Positions 1-11,117 of a stretch of DNA of 64,000 bases are shown piece by piece. This DNA is from Squalus acanthias (Eukaryota). How positions within the stretch are numbered: the first letter of the stretch is position 1; each line of letters opens with the position of its first letter. The stretch spans positions 4,092,001-4,156,000 of the forward strand of contig CM059432.1 of assembly GCA_030390025.1 (NCBI GenBank). The letters are read 5' to 3'. The notes below the pieces were generated by a model. The model had not been told where the DNA came from. It saw nothing but the letters and a program-made list of their open reading frames with translations, and searched no databases. The translations under genes and the position numbers were made by a program.

Positions 1-1510
1 TCCTCTATCTCAATACCATATTCCCGCTCTCTCCCCATACCCCTTGATGCCTTTTGTGTCTAGAAATCTATCGATCTCCTTCTTAAATATATTCAGTGAC
101 TTGGCCTCCACAGCCTTCTGTGGTAGAGAATTCCACAGGTTCACCACCCTCTGAGTGAAGAAATTTCTCCTCATCTCAGTCCTAAATGTCCTACCCCGTA
201 TCCTGAGACTGTGACCCCTCGTTCTAGACCTCCCCAGCCAGGGGAAACATCCTCCCTGCATCCAGTCTGTCTAGCCATGTGAGAATGTTATACATTTCAA
301 TGAGATCCCCTCTCATTCTTCTAAACTCTAGTGAATACAAGCCTAGTCGACCCAATCTCTTCTCATACGACAGTCCTGTCATCCCAGGAATCAGTCTGGT
401 GAACCTTCGCTGCACTCCCTCTATGGCAAGTATATCCTTTCTTAGATAAGGAGACCAAACCTGTGCACAGTACTCCAGGTGTGGTCTCACCAAGGCCCTG
501 TACAACTGTAGTAATGAAGGGATAATTACTAGTCCTAACCCCTTTAGGGCTACCCCAGATCAGACGTATTCCTCAGACGTTCAATTTCAACTAAAGTTTG
601 AGGTAGCCAAATCCTAAAGATGCTTCATTGGGTCTAAAGGTCTGGACTATCTCTCCCTAAACGAAAGGAACAACCTGAAAATGTTACCGTCCTCTAGATA
701 GCACTTTTAATAAGTTTAGCTAGACTGTAACGTTCCGGAGATTTCTGCTGATGTAAGCTAATTATCTCTAGTCATTTTTCTGCTGACCCCTGCAATTCTT
801 ACAGTCACCTCAGCTGGTAGCATTAAGAATTATGTCTCTTCTCTAGGTGTTCTAAGTTTACCATAAAAAATGGTTTAACGGCGGGTGTGTTTTACTTGAT
901 GTCATTTTTACGAAGGCTGATGTTTGTGCTTCTTTACGAGGTGTAAATTAGAACACCTCGTCCAGGGTGAACCATTGTTTTGTTCCCAAAGGTCAGCCTG
1001 TTGGGAGCCTTTAACCTTCTGTTTCAATAAGGTTATTGATTCAGTGTCAACAACTATCTTATCTCTATAGCCAGAATGGCTTTCACAGCTTTTTCATAGT
1101 TAGGTTTCTAGATTTCAAGACCCAGTTTGTCATATTTTAATAAGGCCAGAATCCTTTCATAGAATGGTGTATTTTTCTGAATAGGTTATATGGCTTATTC
1201 CTTCACAGTAAGACATCCTTACTCCTGTACTCAAATCCTCTTGCAATGAAGGCCAACATACAATGTGCCTTCTTAACTGCTTGCTGCACCTGCATGTTTG
1301 CTTTCAGTGACTGGTGTACAAGGACACCCAGGTCCCTTTGTACATCAGAATTTCCCAATCTATCACCATTTAAATAATACTCTGCCTTTCTGTTTTTCCT
1401 ACCGAAGTGGATAACTTCACATTTATCCACGTTATACTGCATCTGCCGTGTATTTGCCCACTCACTCAACTTGTCTAAATCGCCTTGAAGTCTTTTTGTA
1501 TCCTCCTTGA
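1..1510 (-). mobile_element. CR1 LINE 3' fragment (ORF2 C-terminus), split by the solo LTR at 515-1207
   Basis: ORF pieces ...QRDLGVLVHQSLK...DVLL (1203-1547), [12 protein letters not shown] (224-505) and RNFFTQRVVNLWNSLP (10-261) become contiguous once 515-1211 is removed. Confidence 0.95.
515..1207 (-). mobile_element. Solo LTR family A, copy 1 (internally deleted, 693 bp)
   Basis: Ends TGAAGGGATAA...TTATTCCTTCACA (TG..CA with short inverted termini); 4-bp TSD GTAA (511-514, 1208-1211). Matches 15807-16900 but lacks about 440 bp of it. Confidence 0.85.
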
Positions 1511-1879
1511 AGCCTCTTTTCACCCAAACCAATGATGATTTTATCAAAAATGATAAATATATTATTTAAAATCCTGTTCTCCTCTTCAAATCCCTCCAAT
1601 GGCCTCACTTCTCCCTATTTCTGTAGTACTCTTCAGCATAACATCCTCTCCCACAACCTTCAGTCCTTCATCTCCTGGACATCCCTCTCACCTTGCCCCA
1701 TCATGTGTGCACAAATCGGTTGCCACATTTGGCGGTATAACAGTGATTACACTTCAAAAATGATTCATTGGCTGTGAAGCACTTTGGAAAGGCGTTCTAT
1801 AGATTAAGTCCTTGCGATTGATGGCAGAACCTCCAGTCGTCTTGGCCCTTCTTTCTGGATCTCTCTCCCTAAACCCATT

Positions 1880-2220
1880 TCATAGAATCATAGAATGACA
1901 CAGCACAGAAGGAGGCCACTTGGCCCATCGTGCTTGTGCCGGCTCTTTGAAAGAGCTCTCCAATTAGTCCCACTCCCCCTGCCCTTCCCCATAGCCCTGC
2001 AAATGTTTTCCTTTTCAAGTATTTATCCAATTCCCTTTTGAAAGTTACTATTGAATCTGCTTCCACCGCCCTGTCAGGCAGCGCGTTCCAGATCACAACA
2101 ACTCGCTGTGTAAAAAAATTCTCCTCATCTCCCCGCTGGATTTTTTCACAATTATCTTCAACCTGTGTCCTCTGGTTACTGACCCTTCTGCCAGTGGACA
2201 CAGTTTCTCCCTATCTACTC
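1880..2220 (-). mobile_element. CR1 LINE 3' end
   Basis: NFFTQRVVVIWNALP motif and TTCTATGA tail (CATAGAATCATAGAA on +). Confidence 0.9.
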
Positions 2221-2221
2221 T

Positions 2222-2825
2222 ACCTCATCCGTGCCTTTGTTACCTCTAGACTTGACTATTCCAGCGCACTCCTGGCCGGCCTCCCACATTCTACCCTACG
2301 TAAACTTGAGGTCACCCAAAACTCGGCTGCCCCGTGTCCTAACTCACACCAAGTCCCGTTCGCCCATCTCCCCTGTGCTCGCTGACCTACATTGGCTCCC
2401 GGTTAAGCAACGCCTTGATTTTAAAATTCTCATCCTTGTTTTCAAATCCCTCCATGGCCTCGCCCCTCCCTAGCTCTGTAATCTCCTTCAGCCCCACAAC
2501 CCCCTGAGATCTCTGCGCTCCTCTAATTCTGGTTCTCTTGAGCATCCCTGATTATAATCACTCAACCATTGGCGGCCGTGCCTTCTGTTGCCTGGGCCCT
2601 AAGCTCTGGAATTCCCTCCCTAAACCTCTCTGCCTCGCTACCTCTCTCGCTCCTTCTTTAAGACGCTCCTTAAAACCTACCTCTTCGACCAAGCTTTTGG
2701 TCACCTGCCCTAATATCTCCTTATGTGTCTCGGTGTCAAATTTTGTCTGATAATCGCTCCTGTGAAGCGCCTTGGGACGTTTTACTACGTTAAAGGCGCT
2801 GTGTAAATACAAGTTGTTTTTGTTA
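2222..2825 (+). mobile_element. L2 LINE 3' fragment
   Basis: LIRAFVTSRLDY, LADLHWLPVKQR and GGRAF..GPKLWNSLP motifs; tail AAAGGCGCT...AAGTTGTT. Same family as 23890-25287. Confidence 0.9.
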
Positions 2826-3237
2826 TACATCTCTGCCATCCACTAAAAATCTTTTGAAAATCCTTCTTTTCGACCTAGCTTTCTATCACTTCTCTTAACC
2901 AGTTCCCATGGTTTGGAGTCCGTTTCTCTCATTATTTTTCTGTTAAACACCTTGGGGTACTTTGGAAATTAAAGGTGGTCTATAAATGCAAGCTGTCATT
3001 GTTTCCAACTTTGGTAGAAATACCAAATAAAAGAACCTGTCATGGCTGCAGCGACAGGTGGAATTCCTGCAGCTGCGTGACTAACTCTAACGTCCGCCAT
3101 CTTTGTGGCATCGCACCCTTTTTACTTCTTTATCCTGCATCGCTATCAAGGCCGGAATTTATTACCCGTCCCGAGTTGCGCTTGTACAGCTGCATCGCTT
3201 GATAGCAGGCCAGGTCACTTCAGGGTCAACCACATTG

Positions 3238-4044
3238 GGGGTGATTTTGCCAATGGGGAGCTTTTAGAGGCGGGACTCCCACTTGTCGGGTTTTAGTCCC
3301 GCCTCCAACAACCTCTGGCCAACCCACGCTATTTTCCCTTGATTGACCTTGTTAAGCCCCGCCCAGCAGGCTCAGCAGGCCAATTAAGGGAAAGCCGGTT
3401 GCAGAGAACGTCAATGTAAGGCGTTTCATCTGTCAAAAATTTTTGACAGATGATTTGTCATCGTTTGACAGCTCTGTGAAGCTGTCAAACAGTGACATTC
3501 TCTGTAGTTTGATGAGTTCTTGAATTCTAGACCTCATCAAACTTCTTTGTTTTACAGAAATGAGATGTTTGTTGCATCTGAGAATGCAATGGCCATCTGT
3601 CATCTGCAACACGGAGGTCCGAGACTCTCCGCATACCCACCGACTGAAGCCTGCAGGGAGAAACAAAGGTAAGTACACTTTTAATAACACTTTGCACTTA
3701 CCTCAGATACTCACCTCTCCACGCTTGCACCCATCACTTACCTCCACAGCGCACTTTTGCACCCCCCCGACCCCCGCAGACCCAGTACTCGCCTTGCTGA
3801 GCTGGCGTGTTTTGGAGCCTTCAGGAAGCCCGCACTTGTGAGGGCAAAAAGGGGTTAATCCTATTTTCTGCCTGTTAACTACCTGTCCAAGGAGACGGGA
3901 CCCGGCGCGGGACGAGTACCCGCCTCCTAGGAAGATGGCATGGAGGCGGGTTGGGGGCGGGTTGGGCACCCGGCCCCAAATTCTGCCATTTTCCCAGCAG
4001 TCCCATCTCCAAACCCGCCTCCCCGGGGCTGGCAATATCGCCCC
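3238..4044 (+). mobile_element. Non-autonomous PIF/Harbinger-like element, family H1 copy 1
   Basis: TIRs GGGGTGATTTTGCC / GGCAATATCGCCCC, flanked by ATTG on both sides; interior homologous to 6538-7382 and 60115-60958. Confidence 0.8.
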
Positions 4045-4185
4045 ATTGCTTTTGGGGCTCGGAGTCACATATAGGCCCATGAGCGGGTCTTTTACACCCA
4101 CCTGCGAGGGCAGATGGGGGACCTCGGTTTAACATCTCATCCGGAAGACGGCACCTCCGACCGTGCAGCACTCTATGAACTAGAT

Positions 4186-5122
4186 GTAATATCTCCAAGT
4201 TTGCAGACGACACAAAGCTGGGTGGGCGTGTGTGCTGTGAGGAGGATGCCGAAAAACTCCAGTATAATTTGGACAGGTTGGGTGATTGGGCAGAATCATG
4301 GCAGATGCATTATAATGTGGATAAATGCGAGGTTATCCATTTTGGTGTCAAAAACGGGAAGGCAGATTATTATCTGAATGGCAATAGATTGGGAGAAGGG
4401 GAAGTGCAACGAGACCTGGGTGTCCTTGTGCACCAGTCGCTGAAGGTAAGCATGCAGGTGCAGCAGACGGTTAAGAAGCAAATGGTATGTTGGCCTTCGT
4501 AGCGAGAGGGTTCGAATACAGGAACAAGGATGTCCTGCTGCAGTTGTACAGGGCCTTGGTGAGACCACACCTTGAGTATTGTGTGCAGTTTTGGTCGCCT
4601 TATCTGAGGAAGGATGTTCTTGCCATGGAGGGAGTGCAGCGAAGATTCACCAGGATGATACCTGGGATGGCAGGAATTACGTATGAGGAGAGATTGGATC
4701 GATTGGGCTTATACTCGCTGGAGTTTTGAAGAATGAGAGGGGATCGCATTGAAACTTATAAAATTCTAACAGGACTAGACAGACTAGATGCAGGAAGGAT
4801 GTTCCCGATGGTGGGGGAGTCCAGAACCAGGGGTCACAGTCTAAGGATAAGGGGTAAGCCATTTAGGACTGAGATGAGGAGGAATATCTTCACCCAGAGA
4901 GTGGTGAACCTGTGGAATTCTCTACCACAGAAGTCAGTTGAGGCCAATTCATTAAATATATTCAAGAAGGAGTTAGATATATTTCTTAAGGCTAAAGGGA
5001 TCAAGGGATATGGGGAAAAGGCAGGGACAGGGTACTGAATTTGGATGATCAGCCATGATCTCATTAAATGGCGGAGCAGGCTCGAGGGGCCGAATGGCCT
5101 ACTCCTGCTCCTATCTTCTATG
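4186..5122 (+). mobile_element. CR1 LINE 3' fragment
   Basis: Runs from ISKFADDTKL to GYGEKAGTGY* with a frameshift and a stop; near-identical to 58930-59877. Confidence 0.95.
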
Positions 5123-5524
5123 CTTCCCTCAGTGAAGGGCATCCTGTGTGTAGTCCCTTTGTGAAGCAGAGTCAGCGAAGACCATCCTGGTCAGGAAAAG
5201 TTGGCTCTGAAGTGAAGACAGCTGCCTTTCCGTCCCCTTTAAGAACTGTTCTTCCATCTCCGCATTCAGGGCAAGTTCAGCTGCTGCAGGTAGAAGCACA
5301 AAACGGCTTAGGAAATAAATGTATAAAATCAGGCCTCAAACAACACCGAACTGAATGCAACAGTACCGGGCCCGAATCTTGCTGGAAAAATAACGGGGTG
5401 TTAACGGCGCACCCGTTATTAATGCACAAATCAAACAAGTTCAGGGGCTGGGGGAATACACCGTGAGTCGCCAGAACTTGCTGGTCGATTTACGCCACTC
5501 CACTGTTAGCTTCGCACAAACGGC

Positions 5525-6324
5525 GGGCTGGATTTTAATGGATAACACAGGTTGGGGGCGGGGAGGGGGGGGGGCGGTCTCCGAGGCTGACGGGAAACCC
5601 AGGAGAACGGATTTCCCGCAGGCCCTGCCTGACTTTAACAGCGGGGCCTGATTTGTATCTGATCCTCTGTATCAATGGAAAGGCTGGCTGGCTGCAGGCG
5701 GGTATGCCTGTGGCACGAGGCCGCAACAGAGGAGGGAGTGAATCGGGTGGGTGCCGGTGCCAGTGCCGGCCTCGGGGGGACCGGGGGTAGGGGGGCGGCT
5801 GAGGTGAGGACGATTGCGGCCGGTGTGAGACCGGGGGTGGGGGGCAGGAAGGTGGAGGCCGACGTGGGACCAGGGGGGTGGGGGGCTGGCCACCAGAGGA
5901 TCATCGGTAGGGGGTGCGGGGAGGGAAGATCACATTGGGGCCGGCCACAGAGGCCTCACGTGGGGGCCTCCGATTGCGGGGGGGTGGGTTAGGCAGGGAC
6001 CCTGGATCCGGGAGGTAGGTGTCAAGGCACTTGCCTCCTGGATGCAGCAGTCCCCGCCTTGCTGTAATTGCCTGGGTTTTACGAAGTGTGTAAAACCTGA
6101 CCAGCTACAGTTAAAAACAAAATGGAGGTTAAAAAAGAGGCTTCCAACCTCATTATCATATTTAAATTAACGTCCCGCCTCCTGGGAGTGGGTTGGCCGC
6201 CCGCCTCCGTTAAAACCGGAAGTGGGCGGGTTGGAGACGGGTACAGGTCAGGAATCCGATATTTAACAATTTAACTAACCCCATGCTCCACACCTACCCA
6301 TTTTGTTAGGTTAAAATTCCTCCC
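5525..6324. mobile_element. Harbinger-like MITE, GC-rich
   Basis: TIRs GGGCTGGATTTTAA / TTAAAATTCCTCCC; 3-bp TSD GGC. Confidence 0.8.
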
Positions 6325-6537
6325 GGCAGCTCGCTCTTAGCCTCTTCATTATTTTTACAGGATCTGCACATTAATTGCCCATTAAACTCGCCTTAGAAAG
6401 TACTCAACAGTTCCAGGACCCTTTTAACGACATGATAATTGTCAGTGCAATACCAATCAACCTCTCTGGCCCAGAAAGGAACAATTTAAGCTGTTCCATC
6501 TCATTCGCGCATGCAGTCAATTGTTGTTGGAGATTTA

Positions 6538-7382
6538 GGGCTGGATTTTGTCAATGGGGACGTGATGGAGGCGGGACTCCCACTTTTTGGGTTGTAGTCC
6601 CGCCTCCATCGACTTGTGGCCAACCCACTGTACTTTCACTTGATTGACCTTGTTAAGCCCGCCCAGCGGGCTTAGCAGGCCAATCAAGGGTCCCTTGGAT
6701 ACAGGTGACGTCAGCCATTGAAATTTCATCTGTCAAGAGCTTTTGACAGATGAAATTTCAGCGTTTGACAGCTCTGTGAAGCTGTCAATCACTGACAATA
6801 TGATTTCTAACATGAGTCCCTGTACTTAGACTGAGTTAGAAATCAATCCAGCACAGAAAGCAGAGACTGCAGCTTTTGACAGCTCCGCGGCCATTCTGCT
6901 TTCTGTGCCGGTGAGCTGAGGGACTCCCGAGACCTGAAGGAAGGAAGCCTGCAGGACAAAGTTAAGGTAAGTACAAGTTCTTAAAACACTTTACACACAC
7001 CAAACACACGTACCTCTGCACTCATGCACCCATCACTCACCTGCACACCGGACATCTCGACCCCTCCAAGCCCTCCAGACCGACGGTCCGCCTTGCTAAA
7101 TTGGCGTGGTTTGGACCTGTTGGGAAGCCCACACTTCAGGGCTAAAAATAGGGATTAGGCAAAAAACTGCCTGTTAACTACCTGTTAACAGGCAGTTTAT
7201 TGGCACTAATCCCCTTCCCGCCTCGGGGAGGCGGGTCCCAGCACAGGTCGGGTACCCGCCTCCTGTGAAACTGGCATGGAGGCGGGTTGGGGGCGGGATG
7301 GGTTCGGGACCCCCGAATCTGCTATTTTCCCACCCCACAAGCCTCCAAAAGCCACCTCCACGGGCCGGTGAATATTGAGCCT
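6538..7382 (+). mobile_element. Non-autonomous Harbinger-like element, family H1 copy 2
   Basis: Starts GGGCTGGATTTT, ends AATATTGAGCCT; 3-bp TSD TTA, typical of PIF/Harbinger. Confidence 0.85.
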
Positions 7383-7456
7383 TTAAAATTTGAAATTTAA
7401 CATTATTTTTCTAACTTTCCTTTTCTGTCTCTTTTTTCTCCCTCTCAATTAATCCA

Positions 7457-7983
7457 CTGATAGCCAAGTTCCGCACCCATGAGGACGGCCTCAACCGGGA
7501 TCTTGGGTTCATGTCACGCTACATGTAACCCCACCTGACGTAGAGTCATCCAGACTCGAGTCGTCGTTGGCTTGTTCTCTCTACACAGATGCGGCCGGAC
7601 CTGCTGTGATTTCCAGCAAAAACAGTTTTTTGTTTTCCATACAGACCCCAGCATCTGCCACATTGACCCCTTGTGACCCCACCTCATTGTCTTTGAAGTA
7701 ATGTTTTCCTGACTGACCTGTTTGGACACCATCCACACCTTTGATTGCCGTGATTATCTCTCTGCCGAGGTGTGATAAAGGGTAGTTAGAAAGATTAACT
7801 GTAATCATCTGGCATTGTTCTCTGACTATATATGCTGTGCCTATATGCATCTCTTCACTTCACCTGACGAAGGAGCAGCGCTCCGAAAGCTTGTGATTTC
7901 AAATAAAGCTGTTGGACTATAACCTGGTGTTGTGCGACTTCTCACTTTTGTCCACCCCAGTCCAACACCGGCATCTCCACATC
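7457..7983 (+). mobile_element. Penelope-like element 3' end (family P1a)
   Basis: LIAKFRTHEDGLNRDLGFMSRYM* (end of GIY-YIG ORF, matches 61870-61940), then 3' UTR, hammerhead and tail; TSD TCAATTAATCCA (7445-7456, 7982-7993). Confidence 0.9.
7860..7896 (+). ncRNA. Minimal type I hammerhead ribozyme motif
   Basis: TCAC-CTGACGA-A-GGAGC-AGC-GCTCC-GAAA-G-CTT-GTGA: intact CUGANGA/GAAA core, stems I and II, palindromic AAGCTT stem III. Confidence 0.85.
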
Positions 7984-8363
7984 AATTAATCCAACCTTTC
8001 TTTCCCTCTCTTTATTTCTCTCTCTGCCTGATTTGACTCTAATTCACCCGATTTCCTTCTCTGTCGTTCCCCTGTTCCTTTCTCAATCCTTAAATCTCAT
8101 GGGTTAAGGAGACAGACTGTTGGTCCCGTCGTTCACCGAGGTCCCAGATGCCCCGTCGCCCTCACCGCGCCGCGCTGTTACTGGCTCACATCTCCCAGCG
8201 AGTTACGGCGCAAAACGATATTCGAGCTGAAGGGCGTGAGAAAAAAAGTTTAACTACCCCCTGCGCTCCTGCAGGATCTGGCCCAATGATGCGTTTAAAG
8301 GAATATGTTAAGCAACAAAAAAAAATGTAACTTTCACACCTAAAAGTAAAAAGTGAGACTCAC

Positions 8364-8443
8364 CTTTCGGAAGCCTATTTCTGTAGGCCAGGCTAGGCCG
8401 GGCACACTGCTGTGTTCATTCCAACCCTGGGCAAGCAGCACCA
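8364..8443 (-). other. Candidate 80-nt internal exon of an unidentified host gene
   Basis: Minus strand: CTTTCTTGTTTTTTTCCTGCCAG acceptor and AAG|GTGAGT donor; one open frame (VLLAQGWNEHSSVPGLAWPTEIGFRK); sequence not repeated in the window. Confidence 0.3.
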
Positions 8444-8829
8444 CTGGCAGGAAAAAAACAAGAAAGCTGCAAGATGGAGCTTGCGAGACATTTTCAGAAG
8501 ATTTAATGAGTTTTCAGCTGGCTTTCAGCACAGTTTCTAGTAGGCCCACGGTTTTATTTTATTCACTTTGACGCGTCTTGCATTCTTGGCAGCAAGGCCC
8601 CTCACTGGCAGTACAGCTTCATAAAAACTGGCCCTTTGTGTCTGCTGGCAGAACGCGCATAGTTTGTGACTCCCTCAGTTACAGGAACCACGCCAAACAT
8701 TTTCCCAATTACGTGACCTTTGTAAAATATGCTTTGTGCAGGGGGGTCTCCCAGAACCGATATTAAAAAGAGGGCCCTACTGTGCAAAATGGAATCCCGG
8801 ATAGACCAGGATGAAGAGAAATGCTACAA

Positions 8830-9328
8830 AAAGCAAAATACTGCGGATGCTGTAAATCTGAAATAAAAACAGAAAATGTTGGAGATGCTCAGCTGGTCAG
8901 GCAGCCTCTGCGGAGAGCGAGAAACAGAGTTAATGTTTCAGGGCGATGACCCTTGGTCAGAACTGGAAAAAGTTAGAGATGTAACAGATTTTAAATAAGC
9001 ACGGGGGCAGGGAAAGGGGGTGGTGGGTGGCGGAGGAAAGAACAAAAGGGAAGGTCTGTGATAGGGTGGAAGGCAGGAGAGATTAAATGAATGAAAGGAT
9101 GATGGTGCGAGGCAAAAGGAGATGGTAATGGGACAAGTAAAGAAACAAAAGATGGGTCTAGAGGAGGTGTCAATGGACTATTAGAATCATCAGCAACAGC
9201 TGCCGTCCGAAAAAATGCGGGCAGAGGTTATGGTCTGAAATTGTTGAACTCGATGTTGAGTCCGGAAGGCTGTAAAGTGTCTAATAGAAAGATGAGGTGC
9301 TGTTCCTCAAGCTTACGTTGAGCTTCTT
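8830..9328 (-). mobile_element. Penelope-like element 3' end (family P2) with degenerate hammerhead at 8928-8964
   Basis: EAQRKLEEQHLIF..LQPSGLNIEFNNFRP* on the minus strand; AGTT-CTGACCA-AGGGTCATCGCCCT-GAAAC-ATT-AACT. Homologous to 50950-51390. Confidence 0.85.
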
Positions 9329-9394
9329 GTTAATAGCAAATAGCAAAAAAAAAAAATCCGCACTGTTACTTGCTATAAGGAACAAAGTTAAGTC

Positions 9395-9910
9395 ACAGAA
9401 TCATACAGCACAGAAGGAGGCCATTCGGCCCATCGTGCCTGTGCCGGCTCTTTGAAAGTGCTCTCCGATTAGTCCCACTCCCCCTTGCTCTCTCTCCATA
9501 GCCCTGGAGTTCTTTCCCTTCAAGTATTTATCCAATTCTTTTTTGAAACTTACTGTTGGATCTGCTTCACCATCCTTTCAGGCAGCACACTCCAGGTCAC
9601 AAGAAAGAAAGAAAGAAAGTCATGCATTTCTATAGCACCTTTCACGACCAACGGACGTCTCAAAGCGCTTTACAGCCAATTAAGTACTTTTGGAGTGTAG
9701 TCACTGTTGTAATGTGGGAAACGCGGCAGCCAACTTGCGCACAGCAAGATCCCACAAACAGCAATGTGATAATAACCAGATAATCTGTTTTTGTTATGTT
9801 GGTTGAGGGATAAATATTGGCCAGAACACCGGGGATAACTCCCCTGCTCTTAACAACTCGCTGCATAAAACAAAATTCTGTTCATCTTCCCTTTGGTTCT
9901 TTTGCCAATG
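9395..9910 (-). mobile_element. CR1 3' end interrupted by a DeuSINE 3' half (9603-9850, minus)
   Basis: CR1 tail CCAGGTCACAA|ACAACTCGCTG is split by SINE sequence matching 17330-17590. Confidence 0.85.
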
Positions 9911-9911
9911 C

Positions 9912-11117
9912 TGTAGATGCAGGGAGGATGTTTTCCCCCTGGCTGAGGAGTCTAGAACCAGGGGTCACAGTCTCAGGATAAGGGGTCGGCCATTTAGGAC
10001 TGAGATGAGGAGAAATTTCTTCACTCGGAGGGTGGTGAATCTTTGGAATTCTCTGCCCCAGAGGGCTGTGGAGGCTCAGTCGTTGAGTATATTCAAGGGT
10101 GAGATCGATGGATTTTTGAATACTCAGGGAGCCAAGGGATTTACATTAATGACCTGGATCAGGGAGTCGGATGCAGCATTTCCAAATTTGCAGACGACAC
10201 TAAACTAGGAGGGGGGGTGGGCTCAGAGGAGGAGACCAGGAAGCTCCAGAGCGATTTGGACAGACTGGGTGATTGGGCGGATAAATGGCAGATGCACTAT
10301 AATGTGGACAAGTGCGAAGTTATCCACCTTGGGTGCAGGAACGGGAGGGCAAATTATTATTTAAATGGCAATAAATTGGGAGAGGGGGAAGTACAGAGAG
10401 ACCTGGGTGTTCTTGTACACCAGTCACTGAAGGCGAGCATGCAGGTGCAACAGGCGATCAAGAAGGCAAACGGTATGCTGGCCTTCATAGCAAAAGGGTT
10501 GGAATACAGGAACAGGGATACCTTGCTGCAGCTGTACAGGGCACTGGTGAGACCACACCTCGAGTACTGTGTACAGTTTTGGTCGCCTCATCTGAGGAAA
10601 GATGTTCTTGCCATGGAGGGGGTGCAGCGGCGATTCACCAGGCTGATACCAGGAATGGCGGGATTGACCTATGAGGAGAGACTATGTAGTTTAGGGATGT
10701 ACACACTGGAGTTTAGAAGATTGAGAGGGGACCTCATAGAAGTGTATAAAATTCTGACAGGTCTAGACAGACTAGATGCAGAAGGAATGTTTCCCTTGGC
10801 GGGTGAGAACAGAACTAGAGGACATAATTTAAGGATAAGGGCTAAACCATTTAGGACAGAAATGAGGGGGAATTTCTTCACTCAGAGGGTGGTGAACCTG
10901 TGGAACTCATTGCCACAGAGGGCAGTGTACGCCAGCTCATTAAATATATTTAAGAGGGAATTAGATATATTTCTACAGGCAAAAGGGGTTAAGGGTTACG
11001 GAGAGAAGGCGGGGACGGGATACTGAATTGGAGGATCAGCCATGATCTCATTGAATGGCGGAGCAGGCTCGAGGGGCTGAATGGCCGACTCCTGCTCCTA
11101 TTTCTTATGTTCTTATG
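9912..11117 (+). mobile_element. Two adjacent CR1 3' fragments (9912-10140 and 10141-11117; the second retains a 269-aa open frame)
   Basis: [33 protein letters not shown], followed by a TTCTTATG tail. Confidence 0.95.

Larger units (their letters stand above)
5368..8284. mobile_element. Non-autonomous Harbinger-like element hosting three nested insertions
   Basis: Ends GGGCCCGAATCTTGC / GCAGGATCTGGCCC. Inserts at 5525-6324, 6538-7382 and 7457-7983 each have their own TSD. The outer TSD is not matched. Confidence 0.65.

Noticed and set aside
3105..3296. HPFYFFILHR resembling a serpin signature
   Set aside because: Upstream in-frame stop, no other serpin motifs, and the frame runs into a MITE.
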